From NCBI GenBank assembly GCA_043810925.1, contig JBDRNT010000172.1, positions 1 to 51,639 on the forward strand: a stretch of DNA of 51,639 bases, in the 5' to 3' direction. The stretch comes from Candidatus Eiseniibacteriota bacterium. Lineage in GTDB: Bacteria; Arandabacterota; Arandabacteria; Arandabacterales; Arandabacteraceae. The translations under genes and the position numbers were made by a program. The notes under the pieces are model-generated. The model was given only the letters and a program-made list of their open reading frames with translations. It was not told the origin of the DNA and ran no database searches. Position 1 is the first letter of the stretch, and each line of letters begins with the position of its first letter. Of this stretch, positions 8,898-16,381 are shown in pieces.

Positions 8898-10160
8898 ATG
8901 CTTAAACAATTCAGGCGATCGTTGCCTCCTGTCACGCACGAGGTACTTGCCGCAGTCGGGGTGCTTTCGAAAGATCTCGGGTACAAAGCGTATCTCGTGG
9001 GAGGCATCGTACGGGACATCGTCATCGGCTATTCCAACATCGATCTTGACATCGTCGTTGACGGCGACGGGGTCGAGGTGGCCCGGGCATTCGCCGTGAG
9101 GACCGGGGCGGTCTTTAAGGGTCCAACCAGATTCGGTACCTCCAAGGTGGCGAGCAAGGCTTTCGGAACTGTGGACTTTGCTACTGCGCGGACGGAATCA
9201 TACAGGCGTCCGGGTGCGCTGCCCGACACGCAACGATCGACAATCGGCAAGGACCTTGTGAGGCGGGACTTTACTATGAATGCGATGGCGATTTCACTTG
9301 ATCCCGCCGACTGCGGCGTCCTGATCGACCCCTATGGGGGACTTAAGGACATAAGCGGACGGAGACTGCGGGTACTGCATGACCGGAGCTTCCTCGACGA
9401 TCCGACCCGAATCTTAAGGGGGGTGCGATTCGCTGCGAGGTACGGCTTCAGGTTTGAGACTAACACTCTGGGAATCCTGAAAGAATGCCTGGCGGCCGGG
9501 TGTCTGAAGTCGATATCCGGAAAGCGGGCCTACACTGAACTTAAGCATATCTGTGCCGGTGACCGGCCGGCCAGGGGCCTGAGCATGCTCCAGAGGTACG
9601 GCATGCTCAGCGCCATGCATCCGGCTCTTACGCTGTATGGCCGAGAGACAGGTAGGTTGGGCCGCGCGATAGAGAGCGTCGAGACGGCGGCCGGACGGGG
9701 TTTCTTAAGGCTATGGTTATGCTGGCTCTCATCCTTATTCGTTTATTTAGGAGGGAGTAAGGCCGAATATATCATAACTTACTTTAACCCGCAGTCTGAT
9801 GTGCGGGATGTCCTCCTGTGGGTTTCGAGTGATCTAAAGAAGACTGGCACCCGGCTGGGGAAGCTGAGCGTGCGGGATGCTTACAAGGCCGTGAAACTCC
9901 TGCGCATGGTACCCCCGGAGGGCCTTGTGCATCTGTATGCAGCCTCACCTCCAGGAGCGCGAAACGTGATTCGCCGCTACCTGGCGGACTGGCGCCATGT
10001 CACGCCCCGGCTGAGCGGCGGCGAGATAGCGTCGCTCGGAATCGGTGAAGGTCCGCGTGTCGGGAAGATCCTCGAGGATATCCTCAAGCTCAGACTTGAG
10101 GGCAAGATCAAAACCCGCACCGACGAACTCAGCTACGTCCGCAAATTCCGAGGGGCCTAA
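8898..10160 (+). CDS. Class II tRNA nucleotidyltransferase (CCA/A-adding family)
   Basis: LVGGIVRD...DLD, DFATARTESY..PGALP, DLVRRDFTMNAMA and SFLDDPTRILR motifs. Confidence 0.9.
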   Translation: MLKQFRRSLPPVTHEVLAAVGVLSKDLGYKAYLVGGIVRDIVIGYSNIDLDIVVDGDGVEVARAFAVRTGAVFKGPTRFGTSKVASKAFGTVDFATARTESYRRPGALPDTQRSTIGKDLVRRDFTMNAMAISLDPADCGVLIDPYGGLKDISGRRLRVLHDRSFLDDPTRILRGVRFAARYGFRFETNTLGILKECLAAGCLKSISGKRAYTELKHICAGDRPARGLSMLQRYGMLSAMHPALTLYGRETGRLGRAIESVETAAGRGFLRLWLCWLSSLFVYLGGSKAEYIITYFNPQSDVRDVLLWVSSDLKKTGTRLGKLSVRDAYKAVKLLRMVPPEGLVHLYAASPPGARNVIRRYLADWRHVTPRLSGGEIASLGIGEGPRVGKILEDILKLRLEGKIKTRTDELSYVRKFRGA

Positions 10161-10167
10161 CCTCCTT

Positions 10168-10294
10168 TGGGGTCAGAGCTAAAAGAGTGACTTTTTTGGG
10201 GTCAGAGCTAAAAAAACTCGTTCGGGGTCTGACCCCAATCTGTCACCTTTTTAGCTCTGACCCCAAAAAAGTCACTCTTTTAGCTCTGACCCCA
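10168..10294. repeat. REPIN-like 47-bp perfect inverted repeat built from GGGGTCAGAGCTAAAA units
   Basis: 10168-10214 is the exact reverse complement of 10248-10294. Each arm has two units at 29-nt period. The spacer contains GGGGTC-T-GACCCC (10224-10236). Confidence 0.9.
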
Positions 10295-10325
10295 CAAGGC
10301 TGACCCCCCAAAGGGGGATTTTAGG

Positions 10326-10354
10326 TTGACAGGGGGGTGGGGTGGTGGTATATT
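10326..10354 (+). promoter_or_regulatory. Sigma70-type promoter for the M50 protease-trpS operon
   Basis: TTGACA (10326-10331), 17 nt, TATATT (10349-10354), with an extended -10 TG. Confidence 0.75.
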
Positions 10355-10401
10355 CCGTCAAAATCTATGGCTCACTACGGTGAGCAAGGGGGCTGTATTA
10401 A

Positions 10402-11037
10402 ATACAGAACATAGTTGCCGGCGTTTTTGCGATACTTCTGGGGTTGAGCATCCATGAATATGCTCATGCGAGGGTTGCCAAACTTCAAGGGGATAATACT
10501 GCCGAGGAGTTCGGTAGAGTCACCCTGAATCCCCTTGCACATATTGACCTCATCGGGACCATCGTTGTTCCTCTGATACTCCTTGTGGGCTCGGGTGGGC
10601 GAATTGGATTTGGGTGGGCAAAACCTGTTCCCGTGAATCCATTTGCCATGAGAAACCCGAGGAAGGGCGTGCTACTCGTCTCACTGGCCGGGCCGCTTTC
10701 GAACATCGCTCTGGCGATGGTCGCGGGAATCGTGCTCAGGATAGTGATCGCCGGATTCGCCGGTATGCCGTTCGTCGAGCCCTTGTCCGTGATTCTGATC
10801 TCGGTGGCGCTGATCAATCTCTATCTCGCGTTCTTCAACCTGATACCGTTACCACCGCTGGATGGTTCGGGTGTGCTCTCGGCACTGCTCCCCGTTGAGC
10901 AGGCACGGAAGTATGAAGCCATAGGAAGGTTCGGTCCGCTTCTGGTCATAGGGCTGATCGTAATCGGGGTGATCGGATTGATAATAAGACCGCCGGTTGT
11001 GTTTCTATTTGGTCTATTCACCGGTATAGGATACTGA
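10402..11037 (+). CDS. Site-2 protease (M50 family intramembrane Zn protease)
   Basis: HEYAH, TLNPLAHID, GWAKPVP, AGPLSN and FNLIPLPPLDGS motifs. Start proposed at ATA 10402 (see findings); the ORF track starts at TTG 10444. Confidence 0.92.
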   Translation: MQNIVAGVFAILLGLSIHEYAHARVAKLQGDNTAEEFGRVTLNPLAHIDLIGTIVVPLILLVGSGGRIGFGWAKPVPVNPFAMRNPRKGVLLVSLAGPLSNIALAMVAGIVLRIVIAGFAGMPFVEPLSVILISVALINLYLAFFNLIPLPPLDGSGVLSALLPVEQARKYEAIGRFGPLLVIGLIVIGVIGLIIRPPVVFLFGLFTGIGY

Positions 11038-11047
11038 GGGGGAGTGG

Positions 11048-12034
11048 ATGGCACGTAAGCGAATCTTAAGCGGTATGAGACCGACGGGTAAACTCCATCT
11101 GGGTAACTTCGTCGGTGTCCTTGCCAACTGGGTCGTGCTTCAAGAGGAGTACGAGTGCTTTTTCGAGGTCGCCGACTGGCACGCTCTCACAACAGGATAT
11201 GAGGACACCTCGGGGCTCGTGGATGACGGGATCGAGGTCGTGATCGACTGGCTTGCTGCAGGCATCGATCCTTTGAAGAGCGTGGTCTTTGTCCAGTCCG
11301 AGGTCAAGGAGCACGCCGAGCTCCATCTGCTGTTTTCCATGATGATAACAACGGCCCGCCTTGAACGGAACCCCACGCTCAAAGAGCAGGTACGGGACCT
11401 CGAGCTGGGAGAGAACATTACCTACGGTCACCTGGGTTATCCGGTGCTCCAGGCGGCGGACATACTCATGTACAAGGCACACGCGGTCCCCGTCGGTGAG
11501 GACCAGCTTCCTCACCTCGAGATAACACGCGAGATCGCACGCAGGTTTAACACCGTCTATGACGAGGTCTTCCCTGTCCCCGAGCCGCTACTCACCAAGT
11601 TCGCGCGGCTGCCGGGGCTGGATGGCAAACGCATGAGCAAGTCACTCGGAAACGTGATCCTCCTATCCGACCCGCCGGAGGCCATAGAGAAGAAGGTGAA
11701 GACCGCAATCACCGATCCTGAGAAGATCCGTATGGGTGACCCCGGTCATCCCGACATATGCAACGTCTTCGCGTATCACGAGCGTTTCAATCCGGATGCC
11801 GTTAAGGCGACGAAGGAAGGCTGTCTTTCGGGCGGTCTGGGTTGCGTACAGTGTAAGCAGGCATGCGCGACGGCAATAGCCGACTACCTGGCTCCCATCC
11901 GTGAGCGCCGGGCCGAGCTCGAGGCCGACAAGGACGCCGTGTTTTCGGTTCTTGAAGACGGCGTGATCCGCGCCCGGGAAGCGGCCGAGAGCACGATGTA
12001 TGAAGTCAGGAAGGCGATGAAGTTCTTCAGGTAG
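11048..12034 (+). CDS. trpS: Tryptophan--tRNA ligase
   Basis: SGMRPTGKLHLGN (HIGH), YPVLQAADIL, VPVGEDQ and RMSKS motifs. Confidence 0.98.
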   Translation: MARKRILSGMRPTGKLHLGNFVGVLANWVVLQEEYECFFEVADWHALTTGYEDTSGLVDDGIEVVIDWLAAGIDPLKSVVFVQSEVKEHAELHLLFSMMITTARLERNPTLKEQVRDLELGENITYGHLGYPVLQAADILMYKAHAVPVGEDQLPHLEITREIARRFNTVYDEVFPVPEPLLTKFARLPGLDGKRMSKSLGNVILLSDPPEAIEKKVKTAITDPEKIRMGDPGHPDICNVFAYHERFNPDAVKATKEGCLSGGLGCVQCKQACATAIADYLAPIRERRAELEADKDAVFSVLEDGVIRAREAAESTMYEVRKAMKFFR

Positions 12035-12040
12035 AAACCT

Positions 12041-12763
12041 ATGGACTACAAGGTCAAGCTTGATCAGTTTGAGGGGCCTCTCGATCTCCTGCTGTTTCTG
12101 ATCAAGAAACAGGAGATCAACATCTATGACATACCCATATCGCGGATAACCGAACAGTATGTCGAGTATATCAAGATGCTCAAGTTCCTGAACCTCGAGC
12201 TGGCCGGTGAGTTTCTGGTGATGGCGGCCACCTTGATGAGGATCAAGGCCCGTATGCTGCTCCCCCGGCACGCCGGCGACGAGGAAGAGGAAGAGGACCC
12301 GAGAGAGCAGCTGGTGCGCCAGCTCGTGGAGTACCAGAGATTTAAAGGCGCCGCCACCAAACTCGAGTCAATGGAGTATCAGAGGAAAATGCTCTTCACC
12401 AGACCCGAGTCCGAGGTGGAGACGGATACGACCGAGGTCGAGTACTCGTATAATCTCTTCGACCTGATCTCGGCCTTCAAGGTGGTGCTGGAGAGAGCCA
12501 AGGTCAGGTACCTCGAGGTCGAAACTGAAGAGTCTTCGATCGAGGAAAGGATTGAGTTCCTCAAGCAGAAGATTGCTGAGAAGGAGATCACCACTTTCGA
12601 GGAGCTTTTTGAGGATCAGTCGACGGCGGCCGACCTCATTGCGACCTTTCTCGCGATGCTTGAGATCCTGAGACTCGGGCTTGCTACCGTAAGACAGGCT
12701 AGGCCTTTCAGCCAGATCTACATTCACAGGGTTGCCAAGGAGAATGTTGATGGAGGAACTTAA
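12041..12763 (+). CDS. scpA: Segregation/condensation protein A
   Basis: FEGPLDLLLFLI, EFLVMAATL..IKARMLLP and TFLAMLE motifs. Confidence 0.96.
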   Translation: MDYKVKLDQFEGPLDLLLFLIKKQEINIYDIPISRITEQYVEYIKMLKFLNLELAGEFLVMAATLMRIKARMLLPRHAGDEEEEEDPREQLVRQLVEYQRFKGAATKLESMEYQRKMLFTRPESEVETDTTEVEYSYNLFDLISAFKVVLERAKVRYLEVETEESSIEERIEFLKQKIAEKEITTFEELFEDQSTAADLIATFLAMLEILRLGLATVRQARPFSQIYIHRVAKENVDGGT

Positions 12764-13448
12764 GCGAATAGTGGAGGCCCTGCTCTTTGCCTCGGCTGAC
12801 CCACTGAGCATTACGAGGATAAGATCGATTGTTCCCGGTGTCGAGGCCGAGCACGTTACGGAAGTACTGAATTCGTTGAGCCAGGACTATATCGACCAGG
12901 GGAGATCGTTTCAGATTGTCGAGATCGGCGGCGGGTACCAGCTGACAACGAAGTCCGATTATTCTATATGGGTAGGGAAACTCTTCGAGAGCAGGTCGAA
13001 GCAGAAGTTGTCAAAAGCGGCGCTTGAGACCCTCGCCATCGTTGCCTACAAACAGCCTGTACTACGTTCAACGATAGAGGCGATCCGCGGAGTCAACGCC
13101 GATGGTGTCTTGAGGACCTTGATGGAGCGGGACATTGTCAGGATGGTCGGTCGCGGTGAGGGACCGGGTCGCCCTCTGCTCTTTGGGACCACGCGTGACT
13201 TTCTTATGCGGTTCGGCTTGGGCAGACTGAGTGACCTGCCAAAGATGGAAGAGATAGAGGAGCTGGTCGGCGAGAAGAATGCCGAAGACGGGCAGGTGCC
13301 CGGAGAGGGTGCCGAAGGCGGGCAAGTTCCCGTGGAGGGTGCCGAAGGCGAACAAGTGCCCGTGGAGGGTGCCGAAGGCGGGCAAGTGCCCGTGGAGGGC
13401 GCCGAAGGCGAGCAAGTGCCCGAGGAGAGTGATGCCGGCCAGGACTAG
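12750..13448 (+). CDS. scpB: SMC-Scp complex subunit ScpB with an acidic repeat tail
   Basis: VEALLFAS, LSKAALETLAIVAYKQP, IRGVN and GRPLLFGTT..FL..FGL..L.DLP. Start chosen 7 nt after AAGGAG. Confidence 0.96.
   Translation: MEELKRIVEALLFASADPLSITRIRSIVPGVEAEHVTEVLNSLSQDYIDQGRSFQIVEIGGGYQLTTKSDYSIWVGKLFESRSKQKLSKAALETLAIVAYKQPVLRSTIEAIRGVNADGVLRTLMERDIVRMVGRGEGPGRPLLFGTTRDFLMRFGLGRLSDLPKMEEIEELVGEKNAEDGQVPGEGAEGGQVPVEGAEGEQVPVEGAEGGQVPVEGAEGEQVPEESDAGQD
13281..13430 (+). repeat. Five 30-bp tandem repeats in the scpB 3' end (AEG[G/E]QVPVEG)
   Basis: Near-identical units start at 13281, 13311, 13341, 13371 and 13401 with no spacers. Confidence 0.95.
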
Positions 13449-14214
13449 GCTTAACAAGTTCCTGCGCGATTGTCACCTGGGTTCACGGCGGAAGTGCGAG
13501 CTCCTGGTCGAGCAGGGGCTGGTTACGATTAACGGGGAGGTCGTAAGCGAGATCGGTACACTGGTCGATCCCATGGTAGATGTGGTCGAGGTCAGGAACG
13601 AAGAGGTTGCCCCCGTTGTAGAGCGATTCTACGTGGCAGCTTATAAGCCACGGGGTACTGTTGTCACTGCCAGTGATCCGCAGGAGAGGGAGACCGTCTT
13701 TCAGGCGATCGGAGATCTTCCCGAGGGAAGTTTCACTGTCGGCAGGCTCGACATGGAAAGCGAGGGGCTGCTCCTGCTTACGAATGACGGCAAACTCAGC
13801 CACAGGCTATCGCACCCCAGGTTCGCTGTCGAGCGGGTCTACGAGGTCGAGATAAACGGCTCAATCGGAAAAGAGGTCGCGGGGAGGCTGACGGACGGCG
13901 TGGAGCTCGACGACGGCATCGCAAAGGCCAAGTGTGTGGAGGTGCTCCGGCAGGGTGGGGGTACGTCTGCTCTGATGATAACTCTGACCGAAGGTAAGAA
14001 GCGAGAGATACGAAGGATGATGGCTGCGTGCGGTCACGAGGTCACGTTTCTTAAGCGAACGAGATTCGGGACCGCAACTATCGGTGATTTGAAACCGGGC
14101 GAGTGGAGACATCTTACGAGAGACGAGGTACGGGGCCTTAGACGAATTGTCGAGGAAGCATATCTTACCAAACTCAAGGGGGCGGAAGCTGAAGAGAATA
14201 GTCATAACCATTGA
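13432..14214 (+). CDS. rluB: rRNA pseudouridine synthase (RluB/RsuA family)
   Basis: S4 domain (RLNKFL...SRRKCE), YKPRG, VGRLDMESEGLLLLTNDG and EGKKREIRRM. Start at ATG 13432 after GAGGAG. Confidence 0.9.
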   Translation: MPARTRLNKFLRDCHLGSRRKCELLVEQGLVTINGEVVSEIGTLVDPMVDVVEVRNEEVAPVVERFYVAAYKPRGTVVTASDPQERETVFQAIGDLPEGSFTVGRLDMESEGLLLLTNDGKLSHRLSHPRFAVERVYEVEINGSIGKEVAGRLTDGVELDDGIAKAKCVEVLRQGGGTSALMITLTEGKKREIRRMMAACGHEVTFLKRTRFGTATIGDLKPGEWRHLTRDEVRGLRRIVEEAYLTKLKGAEAEENSHNH

Positions 14215-14872
14215 CGGCCCCGCGGGATCCGGTAAGAGCACGACAGCGAAGCTGGTCGCGCGCAGGCTCGGTTATCTCTATCTTGATACTGGTGCCATGT
14301 ACAGGGCGATGACCTTGAAAGCCCTGAGAACGGGAATCGATCTTGATGATCCCGAAGTCCTTGCCCAGCAGGCACGTGATACCGACGTAACAGTCGAGAC
14401 CGAACCTGATGGAACCCGTGTAGTCCTTGACGGGGAGGATGTGACCGACCGGCTGCGGGAGCTCGAAGTTACGCAGAAGTCATCTGTGGTGGCTGCGGCG
14501 AAGGGTGTGCGGACGAGGATGGTCGAGTTACAGCGCAAGATCGGCGCGAATGGCGGGATCGTTGCGGAGGGTAGAGACATCGGGTCGGTCGTATTCCCCG
14601 ATGCCGAGGTCAAGATCTACCTGGATGCCGATCTCTCGGCAAGGGCGTCAAGGAGGAAGAAGGAACTTGATGCCGGGGGAAACCTGGTGGACATCACCCG
14701 GATCGAGAGAGATATGGGAGCGCGCGATGCGTATGACTCGGGAAGGGAGCATAGTCCCCTTGTTGTCCCGGCCGGCGCGATAATCGTTGACACGACGAAT
14801 CTCACGATAGACGGACAAGTTGAACGAGTGGTTGAGGAAGCCGAGAAAGTAATCGGGGGAGAAGGGTCTTGA
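14189..14872 (+). CDS. cmk: Cytidylate kinase
   Basis: ITIDGPAGSGKST, YLDTGAMYRA and EGRDIGSVVFPDA. Start uncertain: CTG 14189 after AAGGGGG, or TTG 14147. Confidence 0.96.
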   Translation: MKRIVITIDGPAGSGKSTTAKLVARRLGYLYLDTGAMYRAMTLKALRTGIDLDDPEVLAQQARDTDVTVETEPDGTRVVLDGEDVTDRLRELEVTQKSSVVAAAKGVRTRMVELQRKIGANGGIVAEGRDIGSVVFPDAEVKIYLDADLSARASRRKKELDAGGNLVDITRIERDMGARDAYDSGREHSPLVVPAGAIIVDTTNLTIDGQVERVVEEAEKVIGGEGS

Positions 14873-15483
14873 GGTTTCACTACAGGATATCGTGGCACTT
14901 CCTGAGATTCGTAGAGAGGATTCTCTTCGGTTTCAAGGTGACCGGGAGCGAGGCCATACCGAGATCGGGTGCCGTTATCATTGCGAGTAACCACGTGTCC
15001 TATTGTGACCCACCGGTGGTCGGAAGCGGCGTACCGCGTGAGGTGATCTTTCTGGCCAAGGAAGAGCTTTTCACCAACAAGGCCTTCGCGTGGCTGATAA
15101 GCCGGTATAATGCCATACCCTTAAGGAGATCGGTAGGCGACGTGGGAGCGCTCAGGAAGGCTGTTGGGATTCTCAAACAGGGAAAAGCTGTGCTCATGTT
15201 TCCTGAGGGTACAAGAAGTCTGACAGGGAGGTTGCTTAAGCCCAAGCCCGGGATCGGAATGATAGCGTCATTGGCATCGGCACCGGTTGTGCCGGCATAC
15301 GTTACAGGGACAAACCGCCTGGGTGCGGCGTTGCTGAGGAGGGGGAGGCTAAGTGTGAGCTTTGGTGAGCCGGTTATGCCGGCGGCGTCCGATGAGGCCG
15401 GTCCGGGCAGCCGGGAGGGGTATCAGAAAGTAACTGAAGAGGTGATGAGGAGAATTGCCGATCTCGCGAAAAGCAAAGCGTAA
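14869..15483 (+). CDS. plsC: 1-acyl-sn-glycerol-3-phosphate acyltransferase
   Basis: NHVSYCD, FLAKEELF and MFPEGTRS motifs. Confidence 0.92.
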   Translation: MRFHYRISWHFLRFVERILFGFKVTGSEAIPRSGAVIIASNHVSYCDPPVVGSGVPREVIFLAKEELFTNKAFAWLISRYNAIPLRRSVGDVGALRKAVGILKQGKAVLMFPEGTRSLTGRLLKPKPGIGMIASLASAPVVPAYVTGTNRLGAALLRRGRLSVSFGEPVMPAASDEAGPGSREGYQKVTEEVMRRIADLAKSKA

Positions 15484-16318
15484 GAACCTTCATATCATCA
15501 TCAGTGAAGGTGTGGGGTTCTGTTCGGGTGTGAAGCGTGCGATAAAGGTGGCCCTGGCGGCGGCCCGGCAGGCTGGAGACGGTGTCTGCAGCCTCGGGCC
15601 TCTGATCCACAATCCGCAGGTCGTGGAGAAACTGGAGGAGGTAGGTATCAAGCCTCTCAGGCGGCTGCGCAAGGGTGGAGGCCTGATGGTCGTGAGATCA
15701 CATGGTGCCAGCAGGGAGATCCTTGAGAAAGCCGAGAGCTATGGCTACGAGATCATAGATGCGACCTGCCCATTTGTGAGAAAGGCCCAGGAGAATGCGA
15801 GAAAACTGCTCGATAGAGGTTACCGGGTGGTTATAGTTGGTGAGAAGGATCATCCCGAGGTCAAGACGATAAGGAGCCATGTCGACAACAAGGCGGTTGT
15901 GGTTGAGACCTTCGAGCAAGCAAAAAGATTGAAGTTTGGATCACGAGTGGGTATTATAGCTCAGACGACGATGTCCGTCGACATGTTCGCCGACGTTGTC
16001 GGCCATATTGCCAGGAGAGCGAAGGAGGTATTGGTCTTTAACACTATCTGTATTGAGACCGTCAGACGGCAGGAGCGAGCCAGTTCGCTCGCTCATAAGG
16101 TTGACGTGTTGCTCGTAGTCGGTGGAAGGAACAGCGCCAACACTTCCCGTCTGAAAAGCCTCTGCAGCTCGATATGTGCAAAGACCCATCATGTCGAGAC
16201 TGCCAGCGAGATAGACGGCAGATGGTTCAAGCGGGGTGCGACCGTCGGCATCGTGGCCGGTGCTTCCACACCCAAGTGGCTTGTCGAGAATATCTTCGAC
16301 AGGCTCAAACAGATGTAG
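15455..16318 (+). CDS. ispH: 4-hydroxy-3-methylbut-2-enyl diphosphate reductase
   Basis: GFCSGVKRA, LIHN, DATCPFV, HPEV, AQTT, NTIC..T..RQ, SANT and AGASTP motifs. Confidence 0.97.
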   Translation: MPISRKAKRKNLHIIISEGVGFCSGVKRAIKVALAAARQAGDGVCSLGPLIHNPQVVEKLEEVGIKPLRRLRKGGGLMVVRSHGASREILEKAESYGYEIIDATCPFVRKAQENARKLLDRGYRVVIVGEKDHPEVKTIRSHVDNKAVVVETFEQAKRLKFGSRVGIIAQTTMSVDMFADVVGHIARRAKEVLVFNTICIETVRRQERASSLAHKVDVLLVVGGRNSANTSRLKSLCSSICAKTHHVETASEIDGRWFKRGATVGIVAGASTPKWLVENIFDRLKQM

Positions 16319-16381
16319 CAGTGATGGCTTTTCTATAGCCGCAAAGGCTAAATCTATAGAAAAGGAAGGAGAAGGGGTAGT

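Noticed and set aside
10168..10294. CRISPR array
   Set aside because: The units are inverted, the 'spacers' are short mirror images of each other, and there are no cas genes.
13279..13431. N-terminal repeat extension of RluB, or a CRISPR-like array
   Set aside because: It is the alternative-frame reading of the scpB tandem repeat. The units are contiguous with no spacers, and RluB has a good SD and ATG at 13432.
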